Notes under the pieces: model-generated
What the model was told of the DNA's origin: nothing
The model's input: the letters and a program-made list of their open reading frames with translations, nothing else
Databases searched by the model: none
NCBI GenBank assembly: GCA_008369845.1
Contig: MRSU01002770.1
Span: 1 to 54,828 of the forward strand
Direction of reading: 5' to 3'
Source of the DNA: Trichomonas gallinae
Lineage: Eukaryota
DNA: 54,828 nt
Position numbers and translations under genes: made by a program
In this document: positions 46,080-54,828 of the stretch, piece by piece
How the letters are laid out: each line of letters begins with the position of its first letter
Numbering within the stretch: the first letter of the stretch is position 1

Positions 46080-47441
46080 TTGAAGAGAAAAACTCCTACG
46101 CGACCTAAATCACAGAAGGGGATTATTGAGCTCACAGACAAATTATTGGCGAGTGATGAAGTGCCAAGTGACTTAACAGAGGAACAAATCAAGCAAATTC
46201 GATTGTTATTACGAAAAAGAAGGAAAAAAGCGTTTTTAAGTAACAACCAAGAGATATTATCGAATATAGATAGAAAATTAACGCAGTTATCTCAGATAAA
46301 TCAAGAATCATATCCATCATATCCGAAAGTATCGATTACAGCCAATGAAAGGATAAAACTCAACGCTGTAGTGGATTCATTACTCGATGGATGCGAATTA
46401 GAGGCAATTAAACCATCAGCAATTCCTAAAATCGAATTAATTCTCAGAGAACGACATGAACAGGCTATTTCTACCGAAGATTACGAAGTTGCACAGCAAT
46501 TAGCTGAACACCTGATAAAATTGGAAGAAATAAAAGAAAATTCAGCTACTGAATTTAGCAAATCTTTTAGTGATACTTTAAATGAAAGTACAAGTCAATC
46601 ACCAAAGAGTTCTTTCCAATTTGAAGAAGAACCAAGAATATCACAGCTTATAGATAACGAAGAAAAAGATGAAAATCCAAAACCTAGGAGAGTCTCGTTA
46701 GTTCCATCTGATTTGCCAAAGAAACAAATGCAAAAACAAGATTCTCACGATACAGACAAGAAACCACCAAATATTAAAACTGATCAAGAAATATCACAAA
46801 ATAAAGAACAACCATCACCAGAAAAGCAACAGAAGACATCAACTTCACCTAAGAAGACTAGAATACCTATTTTTACCAAAAAATCAAGTAATTCAGCAAA
46901 TAATGATAATTCTTCAGTTAAAAGCGAGCCATCATCTATTGACACTGAATCATTTATACAAACAGAAACAGAGGTGATGAAGATAGTAAATAACATAGAA
47001 CATCGAATTTCTGCGCAAGGATCTTTGACAGAACTTTCAATGTACAAGAAAACTCCTCTAGCGATCAGCATAGACTGCCCAGTTGTGTTTCAAGTTCAGC
47101 TCATCGATGAACAGGAAGTGTCAAGCATAGAGAATGTAAAGTCAGACGAAATCGAAGGAAAAATCGACGCGATTCCTCACATTTCGTCAAGTATCGATGA
47201 AGTAATCTCTGTCAAGAAATACGACAACACAGGAAGCGATCACATATCAATGATCAGCATTCCGAACGAGGAGCCGATTTTCTGCGACTTGGATGATGAT
47301 TCCCTCGAAAGCGAAATCGTGAAGGATTCTTTGGAAGATAAAGTTGAAAAACTTTCAAAAGAAGTCAGCAGCCTAAAATCTATTGTGTCAACATTGCAGC
47401 GCGAGATAAAGGAACTCAAAGCATCGAAGAAGAAAGTTTAA
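46080..47441 (+). CDS. Hypothetical protein with UVR-like helical motif and C-terminal coiled coil; start uncertain
   Basis: 453-codon frame; HEQAISTEDYEVAQQL motif; LEDKVEKLSKEVSSLKSIVSTLQREIKELK coiled coil; begins at TTG with no in-frame ATG for more than 200 codons. Confidence 0.7.
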   Translation: MKRKTPTRPKSQKGIIELTDKLLASDEVPSDLTEEQIKQIRLLLRKRRKKAFLSNNQEILSNIDRKLTQLSQINQESYPSYPKVSITANERIKLNAVVDSLLDGCELEAIKPSAIPKIELILRERHEQAISTEDYEVAQQLAEHLIKLEEIKENSATEFSKSFSDTLNESTSQSPKSSFQFEEEPRISQLIDNEEKDENPKPRRVSLVPSDLPKKQMQKQDSHDTDKKPPNIKTDQEISQNKEQPSPEKQQKTSTSPKKTRIPIFTKKSSNSANNDNSSVKSEPSSIDTESFIQTETEVMKIVNNIEHRISAQGSLTELSMYKKTPLAISIDCPVVFQVQLIDEQEVSSIENVKSDEIEGKIDAIPHISSSIDEVISVKKYDNTGSDHISMISIPNEEPIFCDLDDDSLESEIVKDSLEDKVEKLSKEVSSLKSIVSTLQREIKELKASKKKV

Positions 47442-47718
47442 ATTATTTTGTTTTGTTTTGATAAATTCATGATGTTATATATATTATTAATAAATAATCA
47501 GCACAATAAGCTTAAAGCTACACTCTGGATGGATAGTAAGTCTTCTCAGCTTGAAGTTTGTATAAATGAGAAATTTCAAAATTTTGTAAATGATCATTTA
47601 ATGAAGCATTAATTAAAGCTGTTTTGCTTTTACTTTTTAAGTATTTTACATTCATTAATGAAAATATTTCAAAATTACTATTTAATATGATATAAAATAG
47701 TGTGTTTTGATTAGGTAG

Positions 47719-48567
47719 TTATAAATTAACAATAACAAAAACAAATAAAACGAATTTTAAACGAAAATAAATCAAATTTTCTTCGACTTGAACTGATTGA
47801 GTTCGAAAACAAAGATATTCTAAATTAATCAATTTAAAGTTATTGATGCATTGATTAGCACTAGAGTTTTGAACATTTCCATAGCATCGAAAATAATCAC
47901 AACAATAATTTTTTACAAACATAGAACTTTGGTCTTCATCACAATAAAATTCAAATGGGGCAACATTATTCAACAAAATACAATTTTCAACATGTAAATT
48001 GCTTCCAATACATGATCTAATCATACCAATGCTATCGCCAGCATTGCTATTTGCAATATTCACATTTGATATTTGACAATTTTTACTCGCTTGAGCTTGA
48101 ATTAAAACCGAATACGAAACATTCTCTTTATACGCGTTAATATATTTAAATACATGTTCTCCATCAGATAAACTTCTTAATGTTCCAATATGTTGGCAAT
48201 CATTGAAAGAAGAATTAAAATTTTCAAGATTTCCAGAACCTTTTTCAAAACTTAATGCAGTACCACATAACTTATCAGTAGTATCTGCATAGCATTTAGT
48301 TACTGCAATTAAGTCCGTTTTAAACGTATTTGACACAATTCCTGCTCCAATCCAATTAAAACTTGAGCAGTTCAAAATGAAACTCTTAGAAACATATGCA
48401 GAACTGACATTCAAATATATTGCAGCACAAAGTCCTGTAGAATGGCATTGAATAAAACAGCATCTTGAAATTTTTACTTTAATTAATTCATTTTTATAGA
48501 ATATAGCACCTCCATTCTCATTACTAGACTTTACAAATGTTGAATCTTTAACTACAAAATCAATGTT
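47719..48567 (-). pseudogene. GGAI-motif (Pmp-like/beta-helix) gene, copy A, 5' end disrupted
   Basis: Stop-free for 283 codons (NIDFVVKDSTF..NGGAIFY..RCCFIQC) but no early in-frame ATG; tandem paralog of 48700-49548. Confidence 0.65.
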
Positions 48568-48699
48568 TCAATTTTACTAATCACAGATAAAATTTCACCA
48601 TCATACAAAATGAAGTGACAAAAATAATCGTCGCATCATAACAAATTATTTGACAGTTTTTCAATTCGTATATTAAGTATTTAATTTCACTAATAGATT

Positions 48700-49548
48700 T
48701 CAAATATGAACAATAACTGTAAAAAACATAATCAGACCTTCAAAAATACAAGAAAATAGGCCATCAACAGGGAAGGATTGATTTCGATAACATCGAATTT
48801 CTAAACTCAATAATGAAAAATCGTCAATGCAGTGATTTGCACTAAAATTTTGAACATTTCCAAAGCATCGAAATTTATCACAGCAATAATTACTTATTAT
48901 CAAAGAGTCTTGGTTTTCACCAGAGAAAAAGTCATATTTGCTTGTATTATTTGTCATTACACAATTTTCAACGATAAGATTACTTTCTACACAAGAACGA
49001 AAAATACCAAATATTTCTCCAACACTGCAGTTTTCAACTTTAACTATAGAAATTTTACAACTGTGGCATGATTGCGCCTGGAATAAAACAGAATATGATG
49101 CTTTATCATTATAAGCATTAATATATTTTAAGTTATGCTCAACTGATTTTAAACTACATAAAGTTCCAATATGATTGCAATCATTAAAACTGGAATTATG
49201 ATATTCTAATTTTCCATAGTCGCCATGCAATCTTAATGGAATGCCATATTCCAATTTTGAGCTTAGTGTATAACATTTTGATATTGAAATATCATTTAAT
49301 TCACAATAATTCGAATTAATTTCTGCTCCAATCATAGTTGAACTTGAACAATTCAAAATAAAATTTTTAGAAGCAAATGAACTGTTCGCATTCAAATATA
49401 AAGCTCCACCATGACTAGTAGCATAACATTGTATATAACAGCATCTTTTGATTTTCAAATTTATTAAGATATTATCAAAATATATGGCACCGCCAATCTC
49501 ATTACTTGATTCTACAAATGTTGTATCTTTAACAACAAAATTAATTTT
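48700..49548 (-). pseudogene. GGAI-motif (Pmp-like/beta-helix) gene, copy B, 5' end disrupted
   Basis: Stop-free for 283 codons (KINFVVKDTTF..IGGAIYF..RCCYIQC..HGGALYL); shares NSSFNDC.HIGTL and NYCCD.FRC.GNVQN with copy A. Confidence 0.65.
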
Positions 49549-49811
49549 TTAACTTCTCGCATCACAGAAGTTTTGCCAAAATAAAAAATGAAGTGACAAA
49601 ATTCTTATTTGTATTGATTTTGCATATTATATATCAACTTGTTATATGTTTTGGTAGTAGCCAGTGGTCTCCCAAAAGACAACTGTGCAAAAATTATTTT
49701 CAAATTAATTAATCATGCTTTATTATCAACGAGATCCATATATCTTCAAATAAACAACATATTTTAGTGAAAGATTTCAATGTATATAAGTAAAAAATTG
49801 AAATGTAAATC

Positions 49812-51005
49812 TTAATTCGAGAATTCATCTTTTCTTTGCTCAATTGAATGACATAATTCCTTAAATGATCCAACATCTTTGACAAGATCGTAGAAAGATT
49901 TGCCTCTGTAATTTTCATTTCTACCATTATACTTAAGAAATGGATTAGCATTACATTCATCGATGAGGAATCTGCAAACCTCAGGGCTCTTTCTAAATCC
50001 TATGAAATCAAACAATGCATAGCATTTGTTGAAATCATATTCTTTTTCGTGTAAGACTTTAAGGATTCTAATAATAACAGCTTCATTTTTGCCTGGGATA
50101 ACTAACAATTTACCTGTAGCATAAGTATCTTTGGACAAAGTATGAATTTGAATTTCATTTCCGAATTTTTGAAATGCAGATTCAATAACTGCTGGATCAC
50201 AGAGGGTGAAAAGGTAATGAATAGCTGAAGGCACATTTGAAGCTTTAGGTTCGATTCTGTTCATCTTTTCCAATAGATATCGAGCTTTTTCTGAATTATT
50301 CGTAAATTCGCATAAGTAAAAGAGTGCACTCTTGCCATTCTTATCGAATTCATCAACGGAGCAAATTGTTGAAAGAGTTTGGATGATATTGAGATTCAAA
50401 TTCTTAGAAGCAGCTATGATAAGCGGTGATTGACCTGAGGAGTATGAGTAGTTTGCACCATCTGTAGATTCGAGCAATGATAATAAGTATCGGAGACAAT
50501 CATGCGATTGATTGGCCGAAGCTTTGTCTATCATAAAGTTCAAGATTCTCTGTTTACTTTTATCTCTTAAATTGATACCATACATCTCCAAACACTGATA
50601 AATTTCAAGATTGCAGCCTGTTGCTATGAAATAGAATAATGATTTTTCTTTCTGTATGCATTTTTTGAATTCTTCATCAATGAAGTACTTGAACTCAGTT
50701 TCATTTTGTGAAATTTTAGATAATATGTACTGAAAGATTTCAACATTACCGAATTGAGCAGCATAATGCAGCGGTGTAAGAGTTTTAGAGCTGCGAGGGT
50801 TGTATGGGTATTTTTGACATTCTGTCAAGAAAATGTAGCACTCTAATGAGTTTGTAATCGCGCAATGGTGAACCAAGTTAATCAAATCTTCTCGGAACAT
50901 TAATGAGTTGTTGTTATTATTACTGTATTTTGGAACACTACTAAGCTTATAAACATTGCACTCGCGAACTGCCTTAGCAAAATCAGATATTTCAGAGTGC
51001 GGCAT
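49812..51005 (-). CDS. Ankyrin repeat protein
   Basis: TPLHYAAQFGNVEIFQYIL, GQSPLIIAA, DKNGKSALFY; likely start MPHSEI at 51005. Confidence 0.85.
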   Translation of the reverse strand: MPHSEISDFAKAVRECNVYKLSSVPKYSNNNNNSLMFREDLINLVHHCAITNSLECYIFLTECQKYPYNPRSSKTLTPLHYAAQFGNVEIFQYILSKISQNETEFKYFIDEEFKKCIQKEKSLFYFIATGCNLEIYQCLEMYGINLRDKSKQRILNFMIDKASANQSHDCLRYLLSLLESTDGANYSYSSGQSPLIIAASKNLNLNIIQTLSTICSVDEFDKNGKSALFYLCEFTNNSEKARYLLEKMNRIEPKASNVPSAIHYLFTLCDPAVIESAFQKFGNEIQIHTLSKDTYATGKLLVIPGKNEAVIIRILKVLHEKEYDFNKCYALFDFIGFRKSPEVCRFLIDECNANPFLKYNGRNENYRGKSFYDLVKDVGSFKELCHSIEQRKDEFSN

Positions 51006-51249
51006 GAAAAAAAAATAAGAATAAAATTCGCCAAAATTATGACAATAATTGTGCGGGAATTGCATTCTAGCATGGATAAACAATACAAATCAATCGTTAT
51101 TTTCGAAAATTTTGTTTTTCTGTCCAAAAATTTTCTTTGAAAGAACTCATAGAAATATTATATGAGCCGTCTCAAATTATAAAAATTATCCATCAATTGT
51201 TGTTTATTTGATTAAAATGCAAAGTGGTTATATCAGCTTAGGGATCTCG

Positions 51250-51494
51250 TTTGGCGCACTTTTGTGGCGCGTGCGCCAAATTGAAAAAATATTTTTGCGC
51301 CACCAATTATTTTGTAAACTATTCTAAGGATTTTACCCTTATTTTACCTCAAAAAAGTGCAAAATTGTGTTTTGTATTTCATGACAAGTAAATATTTACA
51401 TGACACATTTAAATAAAAGTGACATTTCAGTTCACATTTGGCCAAACAGAGTGTCAAAAATTTGACTTGCGCCACGCGCCAACTTGGCGCAAGT
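51250..51494. repeat. Two GC-rich hairpins built from GCGCC/GGCGC sites
   Basis: TTTGGCGCAC (51250-59) pairs with GTGCGCCAAA (51271-80); ACTTGCGCCA (51465-74) pairs with TGGCGCAAGT (51485-94). Confidence 0.75.
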
Positions 51495-52111
51495 AAACTT
51501 ATATGTTTCCATAATTGACAATACTCATAATTAGAATCTGTTTCATACTACTATGCCAACTGCCATTCTTACTGGTATTTTCTAATGGGATATTATACTG
51601 CCATGGCAGAAAAACTTTTCTTTTTAAAAGCTTAATATAAGTGCTATATAAATCCATAAAACAGATAATATATTAGGGTGCATAGTATACTATCATATTT
51701 ACCTACTATGTTAGTTCAGTTCTAATCACCTACAATAATAGGCGCCGAACATTAACCTGGGAATTTTTGACCATTTTCACTTTACACGACAAATTTATCA
51801 CATTTTTGGCTGTTTACATAACAAAATTAATGTCTAAATGTCAGAAATCTTAAAAAGTGGATACTTGGGGCAAAAGTGAACACTAGAATCTGAGTTGGTT
51901 TATCTATCTTCATTATTTTTGTGCCTTACTGCCATTTAGACTGTTCAATCCGGACATGCTTATATACATATTAAAAATTGCTAATTTGTAAAATTGAGAG
52001 AAATAAGGTTTCGTTTTCAGAAATTTATGTGGTTTAAATTTTATAATGTTTACATTATCCTTTTGTTCTTTAGAACTCATTTCACATGGATAAAATATTC
52101 AAATTTTATTA

Positions 52112-53404
52112 ATGACGAAAAATGAATCTTCGATTTTCGAAGAAATCAAAGATCAGGTCAATATACTTCGATACTTTGCATTTATGTCCCTCAATGATAA
52201 CAAAAATGGACTCCAAAGGTTCTCGGATGAAAAGATTGAGGATTTATATTTAAAACAACTTGGAAAATTAACGACATACTATAATTACAACTTGCTAGGC
52301 ATGAAAATTAAGCTATCAGATATTACATGCAATGAAATGATGCACGGAACTCCAAAAAATACTTATCACGCGATAAAATTTTTAGATTATAAACTGAAAA
52401 AACTGCGAGAAAAGAAAAAACAAGAATCAATAGCTCTTGTAGGTCAAATAATTGAACTATTAGAGCGACACAGACCAACTTATGAAGATTTTTTAATTTA
52501 TGTCGACGCAAACCTTTTATTTTCAGATATAGAAAGCGAATCTCCGAAAGCAAAGCAAATAATACAGCTATCAAATCGATTGCAGCAGAAAGTTAATCTA
52601 CTTTTTCCAATCAATACAGATTTCGAAAATTTAAAATTAGAACTTACAAGCATAATAAGTTGCTATATCAAAGAAATGGATCACAAAACTATATATGTTC
52701 CAATGAATTCCCTTCAGATTAGATTCGAAACATTAATTATGTCAGATTTATTTCGATATAAACAACCTATTAAGGAAATAATAGAATCATTCGAACTACT
52801 TGACCCACAAGAGTTCATTAATCAAATATTCAAGCTGATTCCAAGTATTCTCAATGATATTGAATTTAATTCAGATGATTCGATTAGAGTTATGTCTTAT
52901 TTGTTATATAGATATATATTTGATGAAGTATATTTCAAAAATAAGTATATACAGAAAATAGAGCCATTAAATCCAAAATTACAAAATCTAACTTGCTCTT
53001 TCTTACAGATTCCAAAGGATATTAGTCCGCCATTTAATGATGACGACACTGTTGTTAAAATATTTAGGTATGATTCGCTGTATAAAGAAGCTGTTGCGAA
53101 ATTCGAAGAAATCCTTTTTCAAACTAATCCATTAGATATAATTAGTACAGTGCATCAAACAGTGCTAGTTATAAATAAATGCGCATCTCATTACTGCAAC
53201 GGCACCAAATCAATTTTTTCTTTTGAAGAAACTTTTACGATTTTCATCGCAATTGTTATTGCAAGCTCTGCTGTTGATATGACTCATATTTCTTCTTTTG
53301 TTGACATGTACACGCCTGCTGTTGGCCTCTCTCCTTCATTCGACTATGCAAGAGCAAAAATTATCGCGTGTACAACCCAACTCAATGAGTTTTGCAAGCT
53401 TTGA
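52112..53404 (+). CDS. Hypothetical protein with C-terminal VPS9-like domain
   Basis: YKEAVAKFEEILFQTNPLDII...FSFEETFTIFIAIVIASS...DYARAKIIAC follows the VPS9 helical pattern; divergent. Confidence 0.7.
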   Translation: MTKNESSIFEEIKDQVNILRYFAFMSLNDNKNGLQRFSDEKIEDLYLKQLGKLTTYYNYNLLGMKIKLSDITCNEMMHGTPKNTYHAIKFLDYKLKKLREKKKQESIALVGQIIELLERHRPTYEDFLIYVDANLLFSDIESESPKAKQIIQLSNRLQQKVNLLFPINTDFENLKLELTSIISCYIKEMDHKTIYVPMNSLQIRFETLIMSDLFRYKQPIKEIIESFELLDPQEFINQIFKLIPSILNDIEFNSDDSIRVMSYLLYRYIFDEVYFKNKYIQKIEPLNPKLQNLTCSFLQIPKDISPPFNDDDTVVKIFRYDSLYKEAVAKFEEILFQTNPLDIISTVHQTVLVINKCASHYCNGTKSIFSFEETFTIFIAIVIASSAVDMTHISSFVDMYTPAVGLSPSFDYARAKIIACTTQLNEFCKL

Positions 53405-53712
53405 ATAAAATATTTGTTTTGTTTGTACTACTATGCTTAATTAAATCATATTTCTTTTTGATAATCATTCTTATTCTAATCATCTAATCATTGTAAAATC
53501 ATTAATAGATCTCGCAGCAAAATAAACATCATTAATAAATGCTATCATTTTGTCGGGAATTCTTGTGTATTTTAAACTTTTAACGTATTAAATATAGCTG
53601 CATACAGTTATTAGAGATATTGAATTACAAATTTTATCAAACGAACATTTGATTTGTTTACCTTTTGATTTCAAAAGAAATGTTTTTTTTTTTTTTTTTG
53701 TCAATATAAAAT

Positions 53713-54828
53713 TCATTTTTCATCCATGATTATGATCACGTAAATTGAAAAAATGCAATTAAATGCTGTAACAGGACAATGCTCAATACTGTAATAGCAA
53801 ATAGGAGATTTGGATGGAGTAGGAAATGGAGTTCGCGCAGGAAGACAGTTGCGAAGATCTTTCGTAAAACTAGTAGTGCCAAGAAAAGTGTCATGGCTAT
53901 ATTTTGAATTTACTCTGATCTGTGCTGTCGATACAATCTTAGCTTGAAGATTATGTAAGCCACAATATTCAAGAGTGGAGATTTTAGCACCAGCAAAAGC
54001 ATTAACATCAATTTTACTCACTGATGCAGGAATGACTAATCTTTCTACTGATGATCCTGACGAGAAAACAGATGAATTAAACGATTGAATTGTATATGGT
54101 AAAGCTATGTATTTCAGATTAGGACATGAAACAAACGTTTCTAATGCAAGAACTGCAATTAAACAGCTCGAAATATCTATGAACTCAACAAGAGAGCAAC
54201 CACGAAAAGCTCCTTTGCCGAATGTTTGTACTTTTGCCATGATTGTGCATGAAACAAAAGTAACTCCTGAAAAGGCATAGCCATAAAAATTCTCAACAGA
54301 TGGACTAATAATTTGGGTTCCATTGGCTGGATATCTCATCAATGTTTTAAAATCTTTCGAATATAAAACTCCGTAATATTCAACAAATTCAGGACTTTCA
54401 CTTTTCAAAACAGACAAATTTTGACAAATTCCAAAAGCACCATCGCCAAAATATGTTAAGCTCTTTGGTAAAGTTATATTTTGTAATCTCGAATATCCAA
54501 ATGTAAAGTGTCCTAATTCTCTAAATGTATCTGGAAGTAATATACTTTCTAAATAGGAATTCATAAATGTGTAGATTCCTTCAAAATTTGTCAGATTTGT
54601 TTTAGAAAAATCGGCAAATGTAATTTTTGATTTGTAAAAGCATTTATCGCTTATTCTTACAACATTTGGGCCTAAAACTATCGAATGTATTGAAGATTGT
54701 TCAAAAGAACTCGCGCCAAGAGAAATAATTGTATCGGGTAAAATAATTCCTCGGAGCTGGCATGAATGGAATGCATAACTATTAATCGAAATAATATCGT
54801 CATCAAAAATTTTCGTTAAATCAAGAAT
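53713..54828 (-). CDS. BspA-like TpLRR protein, 5'-partial (runs off window end)
   Basis: Frame is open from 54828 (ILDLTKIF..INSYAFHSCQLRGIILPDTI..) through ITLPKSLTYFGDGAF and GVLYSKDFKTLMRYP to a Pro-rich and hydrophobic C-terminus. Confidence 0.9.
   Translation of the reverse strand: MLDLTKIFDDDIISINSYAFHSCQLRGIILPDTIISLGASSFEQSSIHSIVLGPNVVRISDKCFYKSKITFADFSKTNLTNFEGIYTFMNSYLESILLPDTFRELGHFTFGYSRLQNITLPKSLTYFGDGAFGICQNLSVLKSESPEFVEYYGVLYSKDFKTLMRYPANGTQIISPSVENFYGYAFSGVTFVSCTIMAKVQTFGKGAFRGCSLVEFIDISSCLIAVLALETFVSCPNLKYIALPYTIQSFNSSVFSSGSSVERLVIPASVSKIDVNAFAGAKISTLEYCGLHNLQAKIVSTAQIRVNSKYSHDTFLGTTSFTKDLRNCLPARTPFPTPSKSPICYYSIEHCPVTAFNCIFSIYVIIIMDEK

Noticed and set aside
51670..51890. 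Possible MITE remnant (TAGGGTG... and GGGGCAAAAGTGAACA)
   Set aside because: No matching inverted partner or target-site duplication found.

Overview
AT-rich, gene-dense, essentially intron-free eukaryotic DNA that reads as a trichomonad (Trichomonas vaginalis or a close relative; inferred from BspA TpLRR genes, transmembrane adenylyl cyclases, Inr/M3/M5 core promoter motifs and TAAA stop/poly(A) overlaps). Recognisable genes: RPS10, two BspA-like proteins, an intact PAS-containing transmembrane adenylyl cyclase next to a paralog with a degenerate cyclase domain, a TKL kinase, an LRR protein, a half-size ABCB transporter, an AIR9-like LRR/Ig protein, CDC48/p97, DNA polymerase kappa, a divergent XRN1-like exonuclease, an ankyrin protein and a VPS9-like protein, plus several hypotheticals and damaged members of expanded surface-protein families. 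Non-coding structure includes a 318-bp TA-flanked MITE just 3' of CDC48, a recurrent TGTCRTGTAAA/TGACA-TTTACA upstream motif (six phased copies at 22.4 kb), twin GCGCC hairpins at 51.3-51.5 kb and a possible TTAA-flanked transposon end at the window start. I see no unambiguous new multi-gene system. The best leads are the cyclase/pseudo-cyclase pair, the upstream motif, and several long ORFs that lack an in-frame ATG. All family calls come from motif recognition by eye, not database searches.
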